Part shown: piece by piece, positions 27,774 to 41,390 of the stretch
Position numbering within the stretch: the stretch's first letter is position 1
Layout: each line of letters begins with the position of its first letter
Origin: Schmidtea polychroa
Lineage: Eukaryota
DNA length: 64,000 bases
Direction of reading: 5' to 3'
NCBI GenBank assembly: GCA_044892525.1
Contig: CM097885.1
Location: forward strand, 1,240,001-1,304,000
Translations under genes and position numbers: made by a program
Notes under the pieces: model-generated
What the model was told of the DNA's origin: nothing
Databases searched by the model: none
Seen by the model: only the letters and a program-made list of their open reading frames with translations

Positions 27774-28500
27774 CGCGCATCAGAAAAGATGCAATCCAGC
27801 AGAGTATTGTTTTCAAGACAACCATCTACTGGTTTCAATCCCTTCTGTGCATTCGAATCCCAACGGCAACTACTTACTTTTGCCACTAAGATCTTATTAA
27901 GTGTCCTAGTTAACACTGAGTTAACGGAAAAAAAATAAAAATCACCTGAATTTTTAGGGGTTTCTACTTTTAGGATTAATGAGGTTCGTGCTGTCTTTTA
28001 AGGTCATGAAATATGTCTGGAAATGGGCGTGGGGCTTGTGGGTTCTCCATCGCCTGCTCCAGGCCCATCTCCTTCATCCTGTCTTCTAACTCTTTAAAAA
28101 CTGCTTTATATTTTTTTATTATCTAGGTGCTTGCGAATAGATTCCTTTGAAAGTTCCAACATCCAAGGTGAAGTATTTCTAGAAGGTGAGAGGAAGACTG
28201 TAACGATTTTTAAGGTGAAGTGGAGCCATGAAGAGCTCTTCTTCATTACTTTAGTAATAAGCAAGATTTTTTGTATAGTTTCCTCAAGATAGTCTCAATA
28301 CGTAAGGTGCGATGGGCTTTAGATATATGGACTCCACGTCCCCTCAGCGTTAAGAAAGGTAAAAAGCAATATTCACAGACAAACTACTGTTCCACATCCC
28401 TCTCCAGTTTTGTAGTGTTGTTATTTCCTGTCATTTCATATTTATTTTGTTCGTGGAAGTTCATTCGTGTTGGATATCCTCCAACATGATACCCAACTGG
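27774..28500 (-). mobile_element. R2-like retrotransposon 5' part, internally deleted, cut at the RT D-A-R codons
   Basis: Manual translation: C2H2 finger FVCEYCFLPFLTLRGRGVHISKAH, Myb-like EEELFMA...KESIRKHLDNKKYK, RT ARTSLILK..P..GDF..VNSVLTRTLNKIL...QKGLKPVDGCLENNTLLDCIFSDAR. Confidence 0.85.
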
Positions 28501-28919
28501 CCAACAAGTAAAAATAGTAAAAGGGGACCTCACGAATGAAGTGGTGTGGGGAATAAAGAACAAAATGCGACGAGGGCTAATATATCAATAGTAAACTTTA
28601 GTAGTCAAATAAAAAAAATTTAAATTTGAACTTTTAGTTCATAAAACTTCATATCTTAAAAAAAAACAAAAACAAAAAATATTTTTAAAACTTTAAAAAT
28701 TAAAACTGTACTGTCATTCTTGTCATCGCGGGATTGATGACATTTTATAAGCATATAATAATAATAGTAATGATAATAATAATAATAATTATAATAATAT
28801 TAGTAATAATAATAATAATATTAGTAATAATAGTATTAATAATATTTCAACTAAATACTAGGCAACACACAAAATTTAACTAGAACAAAAGTAAAGATAA
28901 AAAATTTATTCAATAATAT

Positions 28920-30700
28920 TCTTCATGATCTGTTAATATGACCTCTTCTATAATCATCGGTTTCTACATCAATTTCTATTTGTTCATTTTCTCCATCGGT
29001 TTCTCAATAATTAACCTTATATAATCTTACATGTCCATATGCAAAACTAGTATTTTTCCCCACCAAAACCGTTTTATCATCTGCATTTGTAAGAGCTATT
29101 TTTTTATTTTTTATTGTATATATTTGATGATTTTTTGATGTTATCCTTAATTGTGGTATTGAAAAAATTTGTTTTGTATTGTAAAAATGTAGATATCACT
29201 GATGTTTTAAGTCATTACCTTTCAATGTTACTCCTTTTGCTTTTTAATTTCATCTTCACCTAACAAACTATAATATTATGGCATAAGAAAACCACATTCT
29301 TTATATTTAAGACCTTTATTCATATCTTTGAATTTTCAAATGACAGAATCAAGGTTCTTACTGTATAAGGGATGATTTGGGTTATAATTTCAAGTGTCTG
29401 GAAGGTTATCCCTAATCATCATACATTATTTAATAGTAAATTGTTCCTATAATAATCAAAACTATTCATAAAATTGTTGTTGCTAAATCTTATTCAAATT
29501 TTACTTATAGGTTTCCTACCCATTTTTTAATAATAAATGTAAGGTTAAATCCTCTACAGCACCTAACAGTATTACAAAATTACAAACTAAAATTTAATAA
29601 AACTTTTTAATAAATTTAATAAATTAAAACTTTGATTAGCATGCATCCAATCAAAATTTAATAAATGAAAGTATTTAATTATCTAAATTTAAAAAATGTC
29701 TAATAAAAATAGCACTAATATAAATAGAAAATAGTACATCTGTTATTGGAATGACATGTAAACCTCCTGTTCATTACCTTCAATATAATATGTAATATTC
29801 GAAATATCCTATTGCTTATTCTTTTAAGGTATTTATTTTTAATTATCTCTATTGATTTTTGGTTGGAACAAGTTAATTTAAAAGCCTAATCAAAAGTCTA
29901 TCAATATTGCAATGTTCAACAATGTCCTTGAATAAATTTACTGTATAAGGAATGATTTGGGTCATAATTTGAAGTGTCTAGTAGGTTATCTCTAATCATC
30001 ACAGGTGAAAGAATATCAAGAGAAAAAATTTTAATTTCCAAGATTAATTGATATCAATGTCCCCCAGCAACGATATTAATTATATTACAATATATTTTTG
30101 TAACTCTTCATGATGCAGCTGATATATTCTAAGTATCGATAGATCAAGTGCAGATTGTCCAATGTAACTTGGTCTATTTAAACATATAGAATCAGGATTT
30201 AACAATGCTGCTATTAAATTATCATCGATTTTTATTGATTTTTAAATGTAGGTTTTGATGTATACGAGACTATAAAACTTCTTCCGCTTAACCTACTTAT
30301 TTAATTATTTCAGTGATAGTGAAATGAATTTCTGTTATTTTATTAATTAACAAGCTACTTCCTTGTGATTTTTTAATACTTGTGATTTATACTTGTTATT
30401 TGTGAAATTCTTTTTTAGATTTTTTCATTTTTTCATTTTATTCCCTAATTTCTTCATCGAAAAATGTATCAGTTAAAGGTTTTGCATTATTATACGTAAC
30501 CTTATTCGTTAATGATATATTAATTTATCTATTAGTGATTCAGGAAATATTATTTCTTTAATATTTAAGTCACTAGTGTTAATACTTAATATTTGGTGGT
30601 AACTCTTAAATCACTTAGAACAATTGGTAAATTTTCTCCTATTTTTATATTATTTAATAGTAAATTGTTCCTATAATAATCAAAGTTATTCATCAAATTG
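28920..30700 (-). pseudogene. Highly degenerate, deleted pPolB copy (third variant)
   Basis: Reverse-strand similarity to 25800-26480 (DDK, KAKGVTLKG, LDRPSYIGQS) and to the N-terminal region. Confidence 0.75.
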
Positions 30701-32036
30701 TTGTTGCTCAATATTAGTCAAATTTTTAAAATTTTATAAAAAATTACAATCTAAAATTTAATAAAAACTTTTAGTAAATTTATTAAATTAAAACTTTAAT
30801 TAGCATGCATCCAATCAAAATGAAAATATTTAATTATCTAAATTTAAAAAATGTCTAATATAAATAGAAAATAGTATATCTGTTATTGGTATGACATGTC
30901 ATTACCTTCAATATAATATGTAATATTTGAAATATCCTATTACTTATTATTTTAAGGTATTTATATTTCATTATCTATATTATTGATTTTTGGTAGGAAC
31001 AAGTTAATTTAAAAGTCTATCAATTCAGTATTCAAATTGATATTATTTGGGATGAAAATAGAAAATATCTTGGAGAAATTCTTCGATTAATTAATAAAGA
31101 CAAGTATTTTAACTAAAAACTTTCATTTATCAACTGCGAAAAAGATTGTAAAATTAAGATAGTTGAAGGTAAAAAATCTAAAATTCAGATACTTATTCAA
31201 GGACTCAAGATAAATGGAGTTATAATTAAACCAATTTGGAAAATTAAAAATGTCTATGAATAAATTTATGAATAAAATTTGAGTTTTTTATTGTTATTTA
31301 AAATATATTTTAAAGAAATCTATAATTTGGTTTATAAAATTATTAGTTGTCTGTAAAGTTAATATTTGACTATAAAATTAAGATTTTTAATTTGTCTATA
31401 AAAGTTTAATGTGGACAATATATAATTAAAATACTCTAAAATTATCATAATAATTAATAAAATGGAATAAAAAAAATTTTGCATAGGATATGCTCTTATA
31501 AAAAATTTTATCAATTCAAAAATATATGTAGCATAAGATAAATCATTTAAAAAAATTTAAATAAATTATAATATATAAAAAAATCCAATTAAAATATTTA
31601 TAATTCAAAAATATATAGCATAAAATAAATCATTTAAAAAAAATGAATTAAAATTCAAAAAAATATATACATTTGTTTTCATCTTTTTCTTTCTTGTTTT
31701 TCTTGTGTTTATTTTTTTCATGAAAATTTTCTGTCAAAGTTTCATGAATATTTTAAGCTATATTTATCTAAAAAAAATTTTAAATTTAATTCTTTAACAA
31801 AAAGATTATATATTTACCATCGTTATGAAAGAGCTTTATTTCGCCAAAAATCCAGAACATATGAAAAATTAATGAATAAACAACAATAAAATACAAGGTA
31901 CATGATATAAATCTTTATTTATAGTAAACGACAACGTCTAACTAAATGATCATAAGCAGATAAGCACGGAATACAGTTAAAGTAGTCGAATTCGTGGATT
32001 CGATAATGGTTCGACTTCCCAGAAACTACTACTATT

Positions 32037-32180
32037 CGCATCGGCAAAGAGAGTGTCCAGAAACCCTTTCTCCCAGCGTGTTCCTGCCACTGGGATTACC
32101 CGATATTTGCTAGACTTTTCATAGAGTTGCATAGGTTTCACGAAAGTATAGCATGAAGTGTACCACAGCGATGAATAGGG
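32037..32180 (-). pseudogene. Diverged R2-like RT fragment ending at D-A, abutting an (AAT)AGTAGTAGT terminus
   Basis: IPVAGTRWEKGFLDTLFADA aligns without gaps to KPVDGCLENNTLLDCIFSDA; upstream TLHAILS resembles TLNKILV. Confidence 0.6.
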
Positions 32181-33179
32181 TTGTATAGTTTTTATTTAAA
32201 AAATAGATTAAATGAATGAAATTGAAAGGAAATGAAAAGTTTAATTAAAAAGGAAATTAAACAAAAACTAAGGTTGGTGGATTTTAAAGATGAAGCAAAT
32301 CAAGTATGGAGAAAAGTATTATGTAGTGTCCACATAATAATAATCAAGTTTTTTTTACATTTATTAAATGGAAGAGTCGTTTGGATTTGCAGTAAAATAT
32401 AATAACGTTGACCCAAACATATTGATAAAAACAGCCGAACTTAAAAACCTAAATGAATTTCAACAAGTAAAAACTGCATCTCCTAATAGGAATATGTACA
32501 AGCACCCTTAAAAGACTTAAATTAGATCCTAATTGTTCTAGTTTTTATAGATATGACATTCCATTAGAATAGTATATAGTGAGGACTCCAGTGCACTTTC
32601 AAGGTCATGGAATATCAAGATCAAATATAGACCAATCGAATCATTTATTTTTTAAATTAACATTTTATTTAATTACTTCTTTTTAAATTTTTTCTTTTTA
32701 ATTTTATTAATTAATTATTTTATTATGTTTTATTTTAATTTATTACATTTAATTAAATTATTAGTTTATTAATATTTTATTTTAATTACTTACGCTATTT
32801 AATTATTATTATTATTATTATTTTTAAATAATTTATTTATTTTTTAATTTAAATTTTATTTAATTACTTCTATTTAATTTTTTTTCTTTTAAATTTTCTT
32901 AATTAATTATTTTATTATGTTTTTATTTTAGTATTATTTAATTTATTTATTTATTATTATTATTATTATTTTTTTTTAATTATACATTTACATTATATTC
33001 TAACAAGAGGTAAATTATAACAATAATATTTCAATTTCTAATTAAAATTTTATTCAAATTGAATAATTACTAATTAAAATTTTATTCAAATTAAAATATT
33101 ATTGTTATAATTTAACTTTTGTTAGAATATAATGTAAATGTAAAATTTAAAAAAAATAATAATTTTAAAAAATAAAAGG

Positions 33180-33914
33180 TCAAGGTCAAGGTCAATGTCA
33201 AGGTCAAGGTCAAGGTCATTTTTTTTAAATAAGTGATCCTGAGGGCCCATACTTTTTTTCATCCCAAAGATTTATGTTCCCGCCAACAGATTTTATTGAT
33301 CGATAGCTCATCGTAAAGCCCAGTGCAAGACCTTTAAGTTGAATTAAAGATTCCTATCATCCGATGACTCATCATATTTTTAGAACAAAGACAATGACTC
33401 ATTAAGGTAATTCTATTTTTAGTAATAAAGACATCCATTTTTAGTAACATTTGAATCTATTTTTAGTAACATTTTTGAACAAAGACAATGATTTAACCGA
33501 GGACTCATCGTTTTTAGAACAATGAATCAGCCGGTGACTAATCAGATTTTAAGAACGATGACTCATTCGATGACTCATCAAAATTTTAGAACAAAGACAA
33601 AGGCTCACCCAATGACTCATCACATTTTTAGAACGATGACTCTTCATAGTTTTAGAACGATGATTCATACGGTGACTCATCATATTTTAAGAACAAATAT
33701 AATGACTCATCATTATTTTAGAACGGTTACTCATTCGATGACTCGTCAAGGTCATTCTATTTTAAGTAACAAAAACATCTATTTTTAGTAACATTTCGAT
33801 CCGATGTTTAATTATCGATAATAATTTAATTTATCATTATTATTTGAAAAGATATTAACCCCCGCGTGGAAGATGTTATTTTCAAAATTATTATTATTAT
33901 TTTCAAAGTTCTAT

Positions 33915-34012
<98 letters not shown>

Positions 34013-34455
34013 TGCAATTATTCATAAAACTTAATTTCTACATCAATTTCATGATTTTCAACATTTTCATCATTTGCATGAATATTTTAATAATTTTCAA
34101 TATTTTTAATATTTATTTACTATTATTATTATTTTAAATTATTATTTTTACAGTTATTTTCAAAGAATTATTATTATTATTTGCAAAGTTCTAATTATTA
34201 TTTTTTTTAGAAGTTTCATTATTATTATTTACTTACATATTCATAAAACTTAATTTCTACGTCAATTTCATGATTCTCAACTATTTCATCATTTGCATTT
34301 TTTAATAATTATCAATATTTTCATAATTTTCTACATTTTCAATATTTTCACGATTTTCATGATTTTCAACATTTTCATGATTATTTCAGGAACTTTTTCA
34401 TCAAATGTTGTTCAAAGTATTATTTTCAAAGAATTATTTTTAAAGTTTTAATCAA

Positions 34456-34519
<64 letters not shown>

Positions 34520-34566
34520 GAAAAACCTAAAATATTTTTTACACATACATACACAAATCATTAAAC

Positions 34567-34617
<51 letters not shown>

Positions 34618-35700
34618 GCAAATATTAGTCAAAAACATAAAATATTTTTACACACACACAACTCATTAACAGTTATTATTATCAATATTAGTGAAAACCT
34701 AAAATAATTTTTACACACTAAGTTATGGGGTAGAGAATTATTATATGTTTGCAGTATTCTGTGTTTTCCTTTACAAGAAATTTTTGATAAGGAGCGAATA
34801 ATTCAATTTTACATATACATTCTATATACACATACATTGTTTAACATGGGTGTATATACTCCTAGTCTATCCGACAAGATATTCTGTCCCCCTATGGGTA
34901 TTGCTAGCAAGGGTACTACTCACATTCAACATGTCGCAATGGTATATTAATTAAGGTTAGTAAATAAAACTTATAACACATACTATTTTTAATAATATTT
35001 AAACGATAAAAATCAAGACAAGAGAGGACAAGGCAAAGTTTATGCATTTAGTATTGCCAGGCCTAATGAGCAGTGACCAAATATCTGTGCCTGAAAGACA
35101 CGGTGGATATTTGTTCGCGTCCACAAAGGTCGTGGAGTCAGAAGAACCTGGGCATTATAGTTTTCTGTACGGAACATTACGCCTAGCATGGGTAGTCAAC
35201 TACCAGCACATTCGAAACGTATAAAATTACATTACAAAATACATGCGTCATTGGCACTATGACCAAATTAATTAATGTTTTCACTAACAACAATATATAT
35301 TTACAGAGGCCTCCCACTAGTTGGATTACAACCGCCCATCACGACGATCAGCTTCTAAATATATATTAATTAAGGGATAAAGAGCACCCACCCAACCCTA
35401 TTATATTTAATTTACAAAGGGTTTCTCGCTCTTCTGCTGGTAATCTATCTCAAAATTATTATCTCCATCGGGGCATTTGATATTGATTTCATGGAATACA
35501 TCTTGCAAATTGGACGTATTTCATAGTTTCTGATGCTGCGTCAACTTTCATTGCTAACATTTGTATTGCTTTAAAAGCAATTAATTTACATTATCTAACA
35601 TTTTATCGTCACAGGCTTGATAAATTAGGCAACTGTTATTTGTGGTATACTTTATCAATATAATTTCTTATCAATTCCCACCATAAAACACAGATACCTA

Positions 35701-35778
<78 letters not shown>

Positions 35779-37830
35779 GAATTAATTCATGTCTTACATT
35801 AATAATAATATTCTTCAGGAATGACGAGTACTTTACTTAATTGCTAAAACGTCGATTTTTCCCATTTTTCTTGACCTTTGTTGAAAGAAAGTTTACATAA
35901 TTTAAGTCTGATAAGTAAACATTCATGTTGAAGGACACCCACAATCAGCTAATTTATTTAAAAAATCCAGAACATAACTCCTTTAGTGTTTCACTATTTT
36001 TTCTGGTTCATCTTCTTCATAATCATATAAATCATTTTCTTCATTACTAAGTAAAATAATTAAAATATTGTAGTAAATTCTTTATTTACTTACTTTATGG
36101 ATACTAAAACGAAAGAAATAAAGTTATATCAAAAGTATATTTAAATAATTTAAATTTAAATAATTTAAATTTAGTTATTTAAATATATTTAAACAATTTA
36201 GTTATTTAAGCATATTTAAACATTAATATTATTATATAGTATAATTTTATATAATTTTATATAATATTATAATTTTATATATTCTAAATTTAATAAATAA
36301 AATTAATTAATTATAATTAATTAATAATTTAATAATAAAAAATTTATAATGAAGATTCTTTGAATTAAAAAATATTCTGTTAGTATTTCCAGGCAGAAAA
36401 AAACGAATTCAATAATTAAAATCTTAATTTTCAAGTTATATATTTAGGGTTGTGGCCAGAAGTTAATCGCCATCTAATCATTTGTTTTCAATTTCGCTCA
36501 TTTTTGTTCAAAACATTCAGGTGAGTTGTTATCTGAAAAGTTTCTTTGAGCTCAGTTTTGTTAAAACACTCACGGTATTTTTGAGGGACGTGACACTGGA
36601 AATAAATTAACAATGAGTGGTCATCCATACATGTTGTTGGTCTGAGCTATCGATTTATTTTAGAAATAGGTATATTAAAAACATTTAAGGTATCATTCAG
36701 TAAAATAATATAGTATTTTTTAGTTAATTTATAAATAACAGTATTTTGATATATTAATAAAGACCATATACTCCGAGTTTATCCGACAAAATATTCTGTC
36801 CCCTTATGGGTATTGCTAGCAAGGGTACTGGTCACATTCAACATGTCGCAAGAGTATATTAATCAGTTAGAAATTCTTAGGTAATTTAGTGAGATGATCA
36901 GAAATTCGTGAATATTTTAAATGTAACTTTACACTAATGTCAAGCGACTAATTTATTGGTTAACTTTGTAGTCATTTAAAGCAAAACTTAATTTATTCAT
37001 CTAATGTTCGTTACAATAGTTAATAATATGAGAAAAATATGGTCATTATTCATTGATAATTTTAAATTCTTTATCATTTGTAGTAAATTTGATTGAGGCA
37101 AAAATAATTAAAGGAGTCATAATAGAAATATGGTTAGAAATAGAAATAATTTTAGACCTTAATTTACTTAATTGAAATTTTAGACCTTAATTTACTTAAG
37201 TTTAAAAATATATACCATAATTTACTGTAATTGAAAAATTTGGACCATAATTTACTGTAATTTAATTTTTTAGAACCATAATTTACTGTAATTGAAAAAT
37301 TCGAGCGACTAATTTATTGGTTAACTTTGCAGTCATTTAAAGCAAAACTTAATTTATTCATCTAATGTTCGTTACAATAGTTAATAATATGAGAAAAATA
37401 TGGTCATTATTCATTGATAATTTTAAATTCTTTATCATTTGGAGTAAATTTGTTTGAGGCAAAAATAATTAAAGGAGTCATAATAGAAATATGGTTATCA
37501 TTTAACCAATTAAGGGGCTTATTAGTTAGAAATATATATATTATAAAGTAACAATTATTTTCTAATTTAATTAGATGATCATTAGACGTAATATATCTTT
37601 GCGAGAAATTTATAATGTTTGAGTAACCAAAACATGGATATTTTGTGCGATAAATTTATGAATATTGGTTAATTTTGTTATTTTTAGTCATTTAAAATAA
37701 TATTTAGCAAAGGTAATTTAGCAAAATATCATTGTAAGATTTATCCACCCGATAACAATATTCCTTCAATAGATTAACTGATATTCAACCTATTTAATTT
37801 CTGGAAATATAATTAAAATCATAAATTTCC
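33180..37830. mobile_element. Third, diverged copy of the fold-back element arm (same orientation as the left arm)
   Basis: 33230-33400 resembles 355-520; 34500-37135 and 37300-37830 resemble 2300-5180. Confidence 0.85.
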
Positions 37831-38236
37831 TTCAATAAAGTTAAATCAAAAACGCAAGAGACGCTCAAGCAAATCAAGAATTAAAAAATAAACACATTGC
37901 AGAAACAGAATTTATATAAAGTCAAACCCTGACTCCTACAACAGGTTCAAGTCTAAATAAAATTCAATCAAAAGCAATAACACTAGTAAGTAGGACTCCA
38001 ACCCACTTTCAAGGTCATGAAATATGTCCAGATCAAATAAAGGTCAATTGAATCATTTATTTTTAAATTAACATTTTATTTATTTACTTCTTTTTAATTT
38101 TTTCTTTTTAATTATATTAATTAATTATTTTATTTTGTTTTATTTTAATTACTTACTTTAGTTAATTTTTAATTTATTACATTAATTAATTTCTTAGTTT
38201 ATTAATATTTTATTTTAATTACTTACGCCATTTAAA

Positions 38237-38312
<76 letters not shown>

Positions 38313-38949
38313 ATTATTATTATTATTATTATTATTATTTATTTTAGTTATTTCTTTATTTTTTCTTAAATTTTACATTTACATTATATTCTAAAAAGAG
38401 AGTTAATTATAACAATAATATTTCAATTTGTATAAAATTTTAATTAGTAATTATTCAATTTGAATAAAATATTTATTAGAAATTATTTAATTTATTATAA
38501 AATAAAACGCTGTGTTAATTTTAAATAAACTGGATATTAATTTTTTGGAAAAAATAAATAAATAAAATAGTCTAAAAGATTAAATTATGGTCTAAAATTT
38601 AAAATTTAAAAATTGAAAATTGAAAATTAAAAACTAAACTAATCAAACTAAATCAAACGCTATAACCTTAATTCAAGAATTCACTAAAGTAGATCAGAAG
38701 ATATTAATTATCAAAATGTAACAAAGACTCTGAAATTCATCAATTTCATCTAATGACCTGGTGATATTCAATACCATTCTCAAGAATGCTAAAGTCGGGA
38801 ATTCTTTGAATTTAACAATTTCATCTAACTATCCGGCGATATTCGATCCGATTCTATAAAGTATTTATCTTTGTAGTTGAATAAAAGTTTATTGTTGATT
38901 ATAGTTTATCATTAATTATTTTTTTGTTAGGGGTGTTAAAGAAAATACT

Positions 38950-39375
38950 TGACTGATTCATTTTTCTCAGATAAAATTTGTTCTGTAATCGGGAAATTCA
39001 AGGATGAGAATAAAGGAAATCAATATAAAGAATGGGTGTTTCTTCGTCCCAAGTGCTTCTCACTCCAAGGCGATAAAACACTCTAAAAGCCAAAGGAATA
39101 AGACTTACAAATTCTAATATCACCCATGAAGCTTATAAAAAAAGTGTATACTGATGGTGGAACAGTGAGCATCCCATTAAAAAAGAATAGGAAGTGTCAA
39201 TCATCAGTTGTATACTTTCATGACAGAAAAACGAGCTCTCCAATGTTTGGACGATAAAAGGTATTGGTACAATTGTAATGAAAGCTATGCCTACGGTCAC
39301 TATAAGATTCGTCACATGCATATTGCAACTTCTATGTCTAGAAATGAATGCAAATCGAAACAAGCACTTTAACAA
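38950..39375 (+). pseudogene. pPolB 3' end, second family; part of a duplication of ~16945-17950
   Basis: Near-identical nucleotide copy, with GKFKDE, WVFLRPKC and DDKR. Confidence 0.9.
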
Positions 39376-39904
39376 TTAAATTTATGTGAATAATAAAATA
39401 TATATTGTGAATTATTTGACTTCGTTAATTAAAATATGTTTTATCATTTAATAATTCATTTGTCCAATTAATTTAGATAATTAGTTTTAAGTAAGAATTA
39501 TTATTTATCATGAAAAACTTTGCTTTGTTTTGAAAAATTAATGCCCATTTTATTTTAAATTAACACAGCTTTATTTTATGATAATTACTAATTAAAATTT
39601 TATTCAAATTGAAATATTATTGTTACAATTTACACTCTTGTTAGAATATATTAAATGTAAATGTAAAATAATAACAATAAAAAAAAATAATAATAATAAT
39701 AAATAAATAAAAATTAAATTAAAAAAAAAATTAATTAAATAACGTAAGTAATTAAAATAAAATATTAATAAATAATTAATTAATTAAATGTAATTAATTG
39801 AAACAAAAAACATAATAAAATAATTAATTAATAAATTTAAAAAAAAATTAAATAGTAGTAATTAAATAAATTTAAAAAAAAAATAATTAGAAATGATTCT
39901 ATAG

Positions 39905-41390
39905 ACCTTGTTTACCGAATATAGAAGTTTAAAATGTAGACCATTGATTACTTTAATTTAAAAATGTATCCCTTAATTTACATAATTTCCATCTAAAATT
40001 ATTTCAAAAAAATTTTTTTTCTAAAATTGTCATTGAAAAATATTTCATAAAAGTTTTCATTTAAAATTTTCATTGAAAAATATTTCATAAAAATTTTTTT
40101 TAAAAATTATCTTAAAAATTATTCCATAAAAATTTCCATCTAAAATTACTTAAAAAATTATTTCATAAAAATTTTCATTAAAAAATTTCAATTCTCAAAC
40201 ACCTTCTATTATTTTGTTAATAAATTTAAAATCTTACTTTAATTTGCTTATTACATTACTTATTTAAAAATTATTACTTTAATTTACTTATTTAAAATAT
40301 TTGACCATTGATTACTTAATTTAAAAATTTGGACCTTAATTAACTTTAATTTAATTTTTTAGAACCTTAATTTACTTTAATTTTAAATTTTGACCCTTAA
40401 TTAACTTTAATTCAAAATTTGGACATTAATTGAAAATTTTAGACCATACTTTTCCATAAAATTGTCATTGAAAAAATTTTCATTTCTCAGGCGCCGTTTA
40501 GTAGGTGGTTAGGAGCCCGCTTCAAATGCAAGCCGTTTTTTTGCTGCAACATTTGATTGCGCAATTGTTGCAACTTGTTTTTTTTTCTATTGAAAATACT
40601 TGAAAAAAAATAATCGTAGCTTACTGTACAACAAAAAAAATGAGTTGCAACAATTGCGTAATCAAAATTTGCAGCAAAAAAAAGTTGCGCAGACCCCCTC
40701 CCCCCCCCCTAAAATTTTCAATTAAGGTCTAAAATTTTCAATTAAGTAATTAAGGTCTAAATTTCTCAATTACAGTAAATTATGGTTCTAAAAAATTAAA
40801 TTACAGTAAATTATGGTCCATATTTTCAAAAACAGTAAATTATGGTATATATTTTTAAACTTAAGTAAATTAAGGTCTAAAATTTAAAAGTAAAGTAAAT
40901 TTCAATTAAGTAAAGTAAGGTCTAAAATTTTCAATTAAGGTCTAAAATTTTCAATTAAGGTCTAAAATTTTCAATTAAAGTAAATTAAGGTACAAATTTT
41001 GAATTAAAGTTAATTAAGGGTCAAAATTTAAAATTAAAGTAAATTAAGGTTCTAAAAAATTAAATTAAAGTTAATTAAGGTCCAAATTTTTAAATTAAGT
41101 AATCAATGGTCAAATATTTTAAATAAGTAAATTAAAATAATAATTTTTAAATAAGTAATGTAATAAGCAAATTAAAGTAAGATTTTAAATTTATTAACAA
41201 AATAATAGAAGGTGTTTGAGAATTGAAATTTTTTAATGAAAATTTTTATGAAATATTTTTCAATGACAATTTTAGAAAAAAAAATTTTTTGAAATAATTT
41301 TAGATGGAAATTATTTAAATTAAGGGATACATTTTTAAATTAAAGTAATCAATGATCTATATTTTAAACTTCTATATTCGGTAAACAAGG
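39905..41390. repeat. Inverted pair of subterminal repeats (~39905-40445 and ~40920-41390) enclosing an element terminus at 40500
   Basis: CCTTGTTTACCGAATATAGAAG at 39905 versus CTTCTATATTCGGTAAACAAGG ending at 41390. Confidence 0.85.

Noticed and set aside
28600..32036. Single intact element bounded by AGTAGT at 28600 and ACTACT at 32033
   Set aside because: The ends share nothing beyond AGTAGT and the flanks show no 6-bp duplication.
40480..40499. Flank of the 40500 terminus (reverse AAACGGCG) as a 28S target
   Set aside because: Only an 8-nt match, and the flank is too short to assign. This terminus does not support either proposed target.
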